A DNA stretch of 64,000 bases from NCBI RefSeq assembly GCF_009834535.1, contig NC_045697.1, positions 64,482,001 to 64,546,000 on the forward strand, written 5' to 3'. Positions 11,301-25,482 of the stretch are shown piece after piece. The notes below the pieces were generated by a model. The model was given only the letters and a program-made list of their open reading frames with translations, had not been told where the DNA came from and did no database searches. Both the position numbers and the translations under genes were made by a program. Every line of letters begins with the position of its first letter. Position 1 is the stretch's first letter. Source of the DNA: Camelus ferus. Lineage: Eukaryota.

Positions 11301-13739
11301 TTGACGTATTGCTCAAAGTGGGAAAATCAGTATAATTTTGAAGAGGAGTGGAAGCAGTTATCTTTGTCTCATTTTCACCTCAGTGTATGGCCTTTCACTG
11401 TTTCATAAGTTCCTATGATGTTGTTGCCATTGTTTCTGTGTTTCTGTGTTTCATTGTGTGTTAGATAACTTTTATCAAATTAAAGAAGTTTCCTACTATT
11501 CATAGCTTGCTAAGAATTTTTATCAACAAGGGAGCTGCATTTGATCAAAAGCTCTATCTGTATCTGTTGAAGTGAATAGTAATTCTGTTAATATGATAAA
11601 ATAAATTGATATTTAAATGTTTATATATCTTTGGGTTCCTTGTACAAACTCTAATCAATGATGATATGTCTCTAGTTAAAAATTTGTTACTTTTTAAAGG
11701 AATTCTGATATCTAATATTTATGAGGAAGATAATTGGCTTGTATTTTCTCTTCCTTCAAAATCCTCATTAGGTTTTGTTAGCAAAGTTATACCAGCCTCA
11801 TTTAACAATTTGGACCTTGGGGTTTTTTTTAATTCTCTGGAAGTTTATTTAGGATTAGGATTATTTCTTCCTTAGATATATATAACAATTCTTCGCTGAA
11901 GCAATTTGACCCAGAGTTTTTGTTGTGTGAAGATTTTAATTCAAGGTTTGATTTCATTAATAGATAAGGAATTACAAAAAATTTCTATTTTTCCTTGTCA
12001 CGTTTTTGGTATCTTGTGTTTTCCTGGGAATTTGTTCATTTTACCTAAATTTCAAGTTTAATTTCATCAAGTTTTTTATGGTATCTTATAATTATCCTTT
12101 TATTATATGTACAATCAGTGGGATTTTTTTATTTTCATTCTTGATATTGGTAAAATGTTTTTCTCCCCACCAACACACACCCCAGTCTTGCTAAGGGTGG
12201 TCTGTAAATTTAATGCATCTCCTTAAAAAATCAGTTTATGGCATTGTTCAATTTCTCAATTGTAAGTTTGTTTTCTGTTGATTTCTGATCTTATCTTTAT
12301 TATTTCCTTCCTTCTACTTTCTTTAGGTTTATATTACTGTTCTGATTTTAGTTGATCATTGATTTTTAGCCTTTCTCCTTTTCAAACATAAAATAATTTA
12401 CATACATACATGCATACATAACTGGACTTTTTATATTTTTTCCTTCTGCTCTGCAGCAATATGTCTATATATTTTCTACTGATTTATAATCCAGATCACA
12501 TATCCTTTCTACACCTCTGTTTAATCTGCACTGAAAATCATTTATCACATTATTTTTCAGCTATAAATAGTTGCTTATTTTAATAGATTTAAATTCTCTG
12601 GTGAAGATTAAATGTTTTCCATTGCTAGTGGTTAGACTTCTGTTTTTCCATTTGCCTTTAAATAATATTATTCTGCTTCATGTATAATGTACAGACCTTA
12701 TAACATTTAATTTGATTTCTCTCTCCTGATCTTTATGCTTTGTTGTTATACATTTCACTTACATCAATATTACTTTTACTCAAGCAACTATATTTTAAGG
12801 ATATTAACAACTAAGATTTAAATATATTTCATATTTATACACACACTTACCATTCCAGGCACTTTCATTCCTTGTGTAAATTCAATTTCCCTTCTGGTCT
12901 CATTTTCTTTCATCCTAAGGAACTTCTTTTAGTATTTTCTGTAGTAAAGGTCTGCTTGCAACAAATTCTATCAAATTTTGTTTGTCTGAAAAAAATATGG
13001 ATATAGAATTATAAAGGGTACTTTTGTTTTTTCTTTTTTGCCTTCAACCCACTTCAAATATCTTTCCACTGTACCTTTCTTCAGTTTTTCTGGTAAGAAG
13101 CCTGTGATAGTTCTTATTGTTCTTTTCTCTGTACACCTAAATTTGTTTCCCTTCTCTTAGGGAAACATTCTGTGCTGCCTTTGCCCAGTATTTAAAGCAA
13201 CTCCTCCACATCCTTAATCCTGTTTTCTACTTGTTTAACAATGGGAAGGTAAAATTGGTCCTGCTGAAAGCCCCATGGTATAAAACAGAAATCTTGTCTG
13301 GTTGCTTTTAATTGAATTACAGAAATTGTGCATGAAAAGATGTGAAGTTCTTTGATGTGATATTCCCCAGAACATTTTTGTTGGTTTGTTTGTTTGGTTC
13401 TGGTAGATAGTTGGAGGAAGAACTTAGAACCTTAATCCAATCAGGAACTGAACTGATTCACAGGTGATTTTGAGTCTCTATGGGGGCCTCCAAATCTCCA
13501 ATTATCCCCTACTTTTAACATTTGAACTTCAGTTTCCTGAATAAATTCATCGGCTGTTTAGTTAGACCATTTATTGTCAGGTTTCAAACGCCCATTTTTC
13601 TCTTCACAGTACCATGAGACCCCAACAACTCTACTTAGCTATTCAGAATTTTATCAACAGCTTTCTGTTTGCCTTTCCTACCTCCCAGCCAGTTCCACCC
13701 AGCAGGGCAAAACACTTAAAGGGGGGAAAAAAAGAAATA

Positions 13740-13801
13740 TCTATATATATATCTTTTTTAATATATATATATAGATATATATAGATATATATAGATATAT
13801 G
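13740..13801. repeat. (TA)n/(ATAGATATAT)n microsatellite
   Basis: Directly visible. Confidence 0.9.
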
Positions 13802-13989
13802 TTCTCTATGTTGGGCTTACTGTGTGCTACTCTTCAGGATATTAGTCCTAACTGAAATTTCCAATTTTTATCTTTTCAGTCCAGTGAGACTACAAAAAGA
13901 TCTTCAGCTTCTCTGTTTCTTAGTATCTACTCTTTGCTTGGCTTCTTTCCTCTCTACACATGTCACTTATGAATTGAAATTTGCCCTTG

Positions 13990-15777
13990 AATATTAACCC
14001 CTTGTCAGATACATGTTTTGCAAATAGTTTCTCATTCTGTGAGTTGCCTTTTCAATTTATTGAATGTTTACTTTGCTATGCAAAGCTCTCCAGGTTGATA
14101 CAGCCCCACCTGTTTATTTTAGCTTTTGTTGCCTGTGTTTTTTGGTATCTTATCCAAGAAATCTTTGCCATGACCAATGTCAAGTATCTTTTTCTCCATG
14201 TTTTCTCCTAAGAGTTTTACTGTTTCAGTTTTTACATTTAAGATTTTGACCCATTCCAAGTTAATCCTTTGTGAGATGAACAAGATAGTGTAAGATCCAG
14301 TTTCATTCTTTTTCTTGTGGATATCCAGTTTTCCCAACACCACTTACTGAAGAAACCATCTTTTCCCCATGGTGTGCTTTGGCACACTTGTCAAAAACTA
14401 ATTGATCATAACTCAATTAAAAAATTTAATTGACTGCACATGCATGCATTTATGTCTGGACTCTCTTTTCTTATTCACCAGTCTTTGTGCCTGTTTTTAT
14501 GTCAGTGCAATACTATTTGATTACTATAGTTTTGCTATATTGCTTAAAATCAAAATATATAAAAACTTATACAACTCAATAGCAAAAAAGCAAATCATCC
14601 AATTTAAAATATGAAAAGTACCAGAATAGATATTTTTCAAAGAAGACATTCAAATGGCCAATAGGTATATGAAAAGGTCCTCAATATCACTAATCACCAG
14701 AGAAATACAAATCATAACCAAAATAAGACATAATTTCACAACGTTAGGATGGCCATTATCAAAAAGACAAGAAAAAATAAACATTGACAAGGATATGGAA
14801 AAAAGGAAACTTTCATACACTGTTGATGGGAATGTAAATTGGTACAACCATTATGGAAAATAGTATGGTAGTTCCTCAAAAAATTAGGAATAGAACTGCC
14901 ATATGATCTAGCAGTCCTAAACCTGGGTATATATCCAAAGAAGAGAAATCAATATCTGAAAAGAGATGTCTTCATACCCATTTTCTTTTTTTTTTTTTTA
15001 CTTATTATTATATTGTTTAATTTTTTTTTTTATTTTTGGGGGGAGGTAATTAGGTTCATTTATTTTTTTAAAGGAGGTGCTGGTGACTGAACCAGGACCT
15101 CATGAATGCTAAGCATGTGCTCTACCACTTGAGCTATACCCTCACCCCTTCTTCACACCCATTTTCATTGCACCATTATTCACATTTATCAAGATATGGA
15201 AACAATCTAAAAGTTCTTTGATGGATGAACTGACAAATAAAATGTGCTATACAGACATGCATACAATGGAATATTATTCAGTCACAAAAAAGGACAGTCT
15301 GCCATTTGCAAAAATATGCATGAAACCACACAGCATTATGCTAATGAAATAAGCCGGAAAGAGAAAGATACTGTATGGTAAGACTTATATGTGAAATCTA
15401 AAAAGAAAAGTTGATTATATAGAAACAGAATAAAATGGTGGTTGGCAGGGTCTATGGAAGGGGAGAAATAGGCAGATGTAGTGGAAAGACTACAAACTTT
15501 TAATTATAAGAATAAGTTCTGAAGCTCTAAAGTACAGCACAGTGACTATAGCTAATAATATAGTATTTATATAGATCTAAGCATAAGTCTTAAGCATTCT
15601 TATTACACATGCAAAAAAACAGTTAACTATATGAGGTGATGGGTCTGTTAATTATCTTGATCTTGGTAATTAGTCTACAACGTATATACACCAAACCATT
15701 ACATTGTGCACTTTAAATATACAGAACTAAATGTGTTAACTAATCCTCAGTAAAATTGGGGGGAGTAAAGAAAAAAA
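13990..15777 (+). mobile_element. 5'-inverted (twin-primed) L1, L1MA9-like; 13990-14550 antisense, 14551-15777 sense
   Basis: ORF 14654-14863 MANRYMKRSSISLITREIQI... is the ORF2 C-terminus; ORF 14119-14343(-) is the upstream ORF2 part; degenerate TSD aaatttgcccttg/aaaattatccttg. Confidence 0.85.
14986..15149 (-). mobile_element. tRNA-Ala-derived camelid SINE (Vic-1-like, long tail)
   Basis: Poly(T), gggggaggtaattaggtt, accaggacctcatgaatgctaagcatgtgctctaccacttgagctataccctc; 17-bp TSD tcttca[t/c]acccattttc at 14969-14985 and 15150-15166. Confidence 0.92.
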
Positions 15778-16699
15778 TTATCCTTGGAAGAAAAGCAGTG
15801 TAAAATGAAAAAAAAAATCACTTCAACTTTTCAAGGTCTTCAAACTTTAAAAAAATATTTTACACCTCTCATTTATCTTCATTCTTAGCAGAGGGCCCAT
15901 AATTCCATTTATTTATGCCAAATCCATAGTTCCATCCATTCATAATTCCAAATTTAAAGGTAGGTGGGGACTAAGAGGAAGATGTTTTGGCAAACTGCCA
16001 TTGGTCTAAATTGAGGAATGATACAAGATTTAGTCATATGAAACATGACACTGTATTTGTAATAGGGATCCTGTAAGGATAAAAGACAAATTAACTGATA
16101 ACAAGTATTTGCTTCTCACTCGAAGATGGGATTGTGCAAGGCTGCACTGTTGAATTTATGAATGACCATCCAATATATTAATGATTAGAATATAATAAGA
16201 ATTAAATATCTTCATTTATCCAGTTTAACTCTATAGAAACCTATGTTTGTGGACTCTTCTCAAGCACTTTTTGAAATGAAGTGGAAATAAACGAGGAATG
16301 AAAGAAGGGCAGGGTAGTAAAACTGAAGAGGAAGGAAGGATGTTTGGAACAAAGGGCAAGGAAAGAAAGGAAGGAGTTTTTATGTGTGCACTGTTTTCTG
16401 TTGACAATTTTCTAAATTACATTATTTTATTGTTTTTCCTGTTTTCATTTTATACATATATACACATTTCTTTGGGCAGATATGTAGCAGGTAAACACTT
16501 TATTTCTGTCATTAACCAGAGACATTTTGGTGTAAAGTATTTTTCTTTTTTGCTTTAACTTATTTTTAAGATAATAACACCTTACCAGCTAATTTTGATT
16601 CTATTTAATACGTGATTTTGTACTTTTATCAAAAAAATCCTCCTTGGAATCAGTGTCATCCTTTACAATGAATGTTAGACTTGCTGAAAGCAGAGCCCC

Positions 16700-16790
16700 C
16701 TTCTTTCTTTTCTCTCTGTATCTTTAACATCTAGACAGTGGTTGGTACATGGCAGGAACTCAGTAAATATCTATTAATGCAAAAAAATGA
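16700..16790 (+). mobile_element. L2 3' terminus
   Basis: tctgtatctttaacatctagacagtggttggtacatggcaggaactcagtaaatatctatt. Confidence 0.7.
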
Positions 16791-17924
16791 TAACACTGAA
16801 TTCCACAATTTTAGAAAACACCCCAATTGCAAGTCATATCTAAGGTTAATATGACCAGAGTGAACCAGTAAAGGAGGGAGACCGTGAAGGAGGAAAAATA
16901 AGAAAGACAAACAATACTTTCTCAAAATTAGGCAAAAAGTCAGAGGTATAGAGCAGTGCACTAGAGTAGAGCTTTAATCAGCCACAGCTATCTTAAGTTT
17001 CAGCCCATTTTAAGTTAGAAATGGAGACATGATGAAACACTACATATTAAGGAACCTACTTGTTTCTAAGGATAGAGTCTTGAAAGAGCAGTTCTGTGTA
17101 CCACGGGCTTGTCCTCACAGGTGCTGGTGATGGCAACAGAAGCTACCGTTCTTCCACTCAGACATCTTCCTTTATATTTTCCTCTCTGAGCATAGATAGA
17201 AGATACGACTCTTCCATGTTTTTTTAATTGGACTTCATCCTTTACTAACTTATGCATTTCATACTTACTTCATTCAGTCTCTATATTTTTTATTGAAGAA
17301 AATAAAATCCTGTATACTTACTATCTAATAATCCTTCACAGAAATTATTCTAACTATAAGAAATGCTACACTTAGTAAAGGGGATATATGTTTTCCTTGG
17401 CTGAGTTTACATTTAAAGCTGTTATACAGAAGCATACAATCATCTTTAGGTTATGCAAATTTGGAATAAGAAATAATTTGTTTGAAAACAGAAAGTGTGA
17501 TAAGATTATGAATCATCCTTCCTCAAAGATGATATTCTATAACTTTTATAAATACTTCTTGTGCTTTTCTTTATAGCATTATTTTATATTGTTTGAAATC
17601 CCCAAAGGTACTAGGTAAGGATGTACTTTCACTCTCTCATAAACTTCTGAAAAAATTCTCCTGTATTACTAGTCACAGCCCAAAGGCAAACTTTAAGATT
17701 TTTCCAAAATTGGTTTTTAGTTTAGAACAAATGTTATAGAAGGAATGTGATATTAAAAAAGAAGAAGAAAAGAGAGAAAAAAAGAAAAAGTGAATATATT
17801 GGAAGTAAGTATATTTAGTAATTACAATAATTTAATAGCTAATTCTTTTTTTGTGAATTATCTTGTAAGATGATAAAAACATGTACTAAGTAAGTAACCA
17901 AGTTCATCTTTTGTTGCAATGTCG

Positions 17925-18020
17925 GTTTGTATTTTGGGTTTGGTTTTTTTTTTTTTTTTTTTGGTGTTTTTGTTTGTTGATTTGCTTTTTTTTTTAATTT
18001 GTTTGTTTGTTTTGTATTCT
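17925..18020. repeat. T-rich/(TTTG)n low-complexity tract
   Basis: Directly visible. Confidence 0.9.
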
Positions 18021-18089
18021 TATCTTCTACTCTCTTTGGATGGCCACTACTCAAATTCAAGTCCATATTTTGCAGAAGTCATAGTCTTA

Positions 18090-18250
18090 GTATTTTAGAA
18101 ATCATAAAGAATTATGATTCATCTGCTCTAAATAGCCTTGCTTTGCAGAGGAAGAAGCTGAGATCTTAAGAGACTAAATTCTGTCCAAAAGACGCTGAGT
18201 CAAAACTTGCAGTCCAGTACTGCATGCACCTCTGCAACAGCCTAGTATTT
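18090..18250 (-). mobile_element. MIR remnant
   Basis: ctttgcagaggaagaagctgagatcttaagagactaaattctgtccaaaagac. Confidence 0.5.
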
Positions 18251-21189
18251 GAACTCCACGCTCCTTTAGAATTTTTTCCTCTTTTCTACCAGGCATATTG
18301 CTTCCAGTTAAATCAGTCATTTCATGTCTCAACAAGTCTAGCAACCAGTTAGATACCTGTAGAGAGCCTAATCTCTAAAAAACATCCCACTATCTGCCCC
18401 AAAGCTCATTTTAAACTTATGTTCCCTTTATAAGCTCTATGCTTCAATCAAAATCGTATTTTCTTTCTCTGTGCCTTTGTAATAATCATTTCTCCACCTC
18501 AAATATCCTCCTCTATTTATCAAACACTACATATCAATCCAATTGCAGAACAAGTCCCAACACTACAAGGAATTTTTTATCTACAAAAACTATCAAAGGC
18601 ATTGTGTGAAAGGTAGTTTTATGCCCATGTTAATTAATTAATTATAAATGAATTATAAAGCAGTTAAGTCAGCTGTCCAAAAAGCTAGTAAGTAAAAAAA
18701 AAGTTCAAAATTAATTAAATTTGTTCTTCCTGTCCCAATATCATCACTGAAGTAATTTAAACTAGTTAGATATTGCTATAGTTCACTTACATCACCTCTC
18801 TCTGTGCCTACTGTCACCTGTGTCCCGTCCTAAAGTATGATTCTTCTAATTCCACTATTATCTTAAAGAACCATATACACTTGCACACATGCATGCATAT
18901 GCACACACATTATGAGAAGGCTGCAGACAAAATAACAGAGCACAGTTTCTTAACTTCCAATCAGTGACTAGGCATCTTTCTCCATTTTACCATTCTTCTC
19001 CAAGTGTATCTCTGTTACACTGAGTGGATTCTCCTGAAGTGTTCTGTGGCTGTTCTTCTGGACTTTGGCCAGAGCAGATGCAATAAATCCCACTTTGGAG
19101 AAAGAAATAAAATAGGAATTTCACATGGAAAAATAATACATATTTTTGTTTGGACTAGCATTTCAACAGCAGTATATAAAACAGTAGTAGTACAAGAGCA
19201 ATTGAAAATTCATTGATGTTTAAGGAAGAAGTCTTCTTTCTATGACCTGACACTTCTTGTAGAACTCAGTTGTAAATCATCTGGTAGAATAGAAAGATTC
19301 AGGGTTGATGGTCCAACCCCACTGTGACCCAGGACAGATTATTATTCCATGCCTCAGACCTTTACATGAAAAATAACTTTGTACTTCATGGGTTTGAATA
19401 TTCATGCTTATCTCTATTTAGAAACTTTGCCTCTATACATTCATGGAATTTTCTGTCTTCCTTTTGAACATTTTTATTAATTTTATCACAATATTAAAAT
19501 AAATATAGCTCAATACCACAATTTTTGCATCCACAAGCATTTCTGCTTAGAGATTTATTGGACAAGTGTTGCATTTTATTTATTAAAATGTGATTTTTCT
19601 TGAAGTTAGATATTCATGCAAAATTTATGTCTTATTGACACCATTATCATTGTTAATTAAAAACCACTGTATGAGAGTTTTTTTGAAAGAAATATAAAAG
19701 GGTATAAATGATTTAATTATTAAATGTCAGATTAGCAAAAGAAATCAAGAACCCTAAAATATGTTTATATTGGTCTTGTGAAATTCTCAAAGCTGTGTCT
19801 CTGCAAGCCTCCTCCAGAGAGAATACTGGATCCTTCCGTAGATGAATAGGTGATCCTACTGTTCTCTAGAGTAGCTTCCATTTACCTTCTTGTTAAAACA
19901 AATCACTCCCAAATAAAAATAATTCCTTACTTGATGCTTAGCCTGCCAGATGCTGCTCTGTTCCAAATGATTTATGATCATACATTTAAATAATTACATG
20001 GGTCCTGTTGTTCTAATATTTCACCACAGCTAACAAGAGGATACATGCAGATAAGTGTGTTAAAACCTCCTCTCTTCAAGTCTTTCCATTATTAGAAATT
20101 AAACATCTCTAAATCACAAACCACCCAATCTTTCCCCAATGTAATTTAAACAGTAAGTCTACATTAATGTAATATTACTTAATAAATACAACAGTCAAAA
20201 TAATGTTCCTCCAGTTACCTTTTACTAAATATAAATTACAATGTACTTAATATAATGGAAAAAACCTAGCCTTAGCTTCTTTAAAAAGCAAAATGTAACT
20301 AAAAGAAAGAAATTGCTTTAGCAATCAAAATAATACGATGAATACTTAAGATTGTAGATTAATCACTTGGTATAAATTTCACTGGAGTTGGAGATATTTT
20401 AAACATTTATCTGAGGATGACAATGACAACCTATTTCGTACAGAGAGAAGAAAGTTTTCTTGTTCTAGAACAAAATGCTGTGAACTTATCACATTTTATA
20501 AACCAAGCATTAGTGAGTTCTTATTTTGATAAGAGAACACTGAATAAGTATCCAGAAGCCACAGCAACCATACTTAGTACGAGCTTTCCCTGGCACTTAG
20601 ATGCATTGCTCCGGAGTCTGCTCAGTCTCACTTTCGTCCATCCCTCTCCTCCTAGGGCTGCATTTCCTGCCAGCAAGTAAAATCACGGTCAATAGCCATG
20701 GAAAGAAAGAAACAATGCTTCATTTAGAAACAGAGGTGAAGGTCAAGTCTCCACTTTAACAAAGAGAAATAAAGAACTGAAACACAGGCCAAGGCCTGAA
20801 GTTTCCCAACTGCTTAGTGGGGAAAATGCAACAAAAGAAAGTAAAACAGCAGGCAGTTATCTGGTTTAGGCAAGAAGAATAATCTGCTAACATTTAATTA
20901 AATAATGAATGAGACTTGTTGACATGATTTATCCAGATTAATTGATGATAACTCCAAAGAATGGCTCTTCCATCTGCATTTTTTTTTTTTTTTTTTTTTT
21001 TTGCTTAGTACACCTAGCCAAATAACTGCCTTTCTTTTGGGAAAGAAAAATCAAGTGGAAAAAAATTTTTACGATACATTCACTTTTATTATGCTTATTA
21101 TTATTCATTAAATAATAATTTATCATATTTTATCTATAAGCATATTTTCTATTTTATTTTTTAATTCATGACATCAATTGGAATATTTG

Positions 21190-21480
21190 TACTTACAAGT
21201 AACAGACACTAACTTGACATAAACAAGAGATATCATTTCATAAGAAAAATTCAAGAAATTCATCAAGAACTCTGATCCTCAGATCCTTATGTACATCTTT
21301 CTAATGTGCCATCCTGAGCAACCGGGCTTTTATCCTGAGGCTTTTCTGCCCATAACCAAAGGACTGCTGTTCAGGGTTGAGGGTGTACAAAGTCACGTCA
21401 AGGACAAAAACAGCATTATCCTCTAAAATTTCTTTGGACTGGGAAAGAACTTTTCAAATAGCTCCCATACCAAATATCAC
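21190..21480 (-). mobile_element. Old MaLR LTR remnant (MLT1J/L-like)
   Basis: caagtaacagacactaact...gccatcctgagc...cttttatcctgaggctt; highly diverged. Confidence 0.45.
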
Positions 21481-21517
21481 TGACTATCCACAAAGCAATG
21501 ATTAACAAAAAAGAATG

Positions 21518-22481
21518 GGAAGGACTTCAGTTTCCAGATCCTCATGTAAGAAGCTTGGAGGTCACCACTACACCCTAAGCAAGTAAAACCTGAACAGATT
21601 GAAAAATTAAAAACTCTTCTTGGATCTATAAGAGATGAGAAGACACAGGATAAACCACTGCCCCCAACATTGGAGAGATAGGCAAAAAGAGGGAGACTCA
21701 GCTTATTGGAGCAGAGACCGAGGAGTAGAAACTGACTCAAGGAAGCAGTGCATGGATAGGAAAACCTGAGGTGTAATTAAGGAATTGCTGGAGGCTCACG
21801 TGGATAACTCTGAGAGTTAAAATTGCGAAGGGAACCCAGTCATCGGGAGCCCCCACAAAATTGTGGGTTTATCTCCAAGAACTTAACTACGTTCCTACAG
21901 AAAATGCCAGAGGAAAATCTCTGGCTTCTAGAACAGTGGGGAGAAGAAAAGATAAAATTTTGAAATACACCAGTGCAGTCAGTTCTTACCATGGCCTGGC
22001 CTCAAAGAAACTAGTTATCCAAGGCCTAACTGACTAGTGTATTATCAGAATCTAACTGATACTGGGGACAGGAAGTACCCAAATTCAGTCAACTCTGGCC
22101 ATCTTGTCCCACCTAAGAAGGAAAAAAACCCTAGAAATACTATGAAATTCACAGTCCAGGGGCATAGATTCACTAAAAGATTGAAACCTAATCATGAGAC
22201 TACAGAATGCTTACCTTACCCTCAACACACACCTCACCACCACATTATTGAGGTCTATTTGCAACAGTTCTTTTTACCCAGTACAACATGCCCAACTATT
22301 AAAAAGAATTACAAGGTACATCAAAAGGCAAAAAACACAGTTTGAACAGACAGAGCAAGTATCAGTACCAGACATATCCAGGATATTGGAATTATCAGAC
22401 CAGGAACTTAAAACAGCTATGATCGATATACTAAGGGCCCTAATGGATAATGTAGACAGTATTCAAGGACAGATGGGCAAT
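21518..22481 (+). mobile_element. L1MC-type 5' end (5'UTR plus ORF1 start), 3'-truncated
   Basis: ggacttcagtttccag... colinear with 37128-38075; ORF 22194-22568 contains ORF1-like ILELSDQELKTAMIDILRALMDNVDSIQGQMGN. Confidence 0.8.
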
Positions 22482-23054
22482 AAATTAATCATGCACCATT
22501 TGTTTTTCTGCCTGACTCATTTCACATGGCATAATGCCCTTCAGGTTAATACAAGTTGCTGCACATGACAGGATTTCTGTCTTTTTTAAGGCTGAATAAT
22601 GTTCCATTTTATCCCTTTAAACTGCATTTTCTTTATCCATTCATCCATCAGTGAACACTTACGTTGTTTCCACTTCTTGACTATTATGAATACTGCTGCA
22701 ATCAACATGGGAGTGAAACACGCAGATTTCATTTCTCTTGGATATTTACCCAGAAGTGGGATTGCTGAATTATGTGCTAGTTCTGTTCTTAATTTCTGAG
22801 GGAGTTTCATACTGTCTTCCATAATGGCTGCACCATTTCAAGTTCCCAAAGTGCTTTTTTCCAAATCCTTGCAAATACTTCTTATCTTTTATCTTTTCAA
22901 TAATAGCCATTCTAGCAGGTAAGAGATGATATCTCATTGTGGTTTTGATTTGCATTTCTCTCATTAGTGATGTAGAACACCTTTTCATATGCCTGTTGGG
23001 CATTTGTATGTCTTCTTTCGACAAATGTTTACTCAGGTCCTCTTTTTATTTTTA

Positions 23055-25482
<2,428 letters not shown>

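Larger units (their letters stand above)
7990..15890 (-). mobile_element. Old, fragmented L1M (L1ME/MD-like) hosting several later insertions
   Basis: Antisense L1 3'UTR at ~8000 (cttaagtgtacagc), ORF2 motifs (ttggctatgataaacaatgctgctataaacat; ggttttaatttgcattt), ORF1/5' remnants at 12.8-13.9 kb and 15.79-15.89 kb. Confidence 0.75.
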
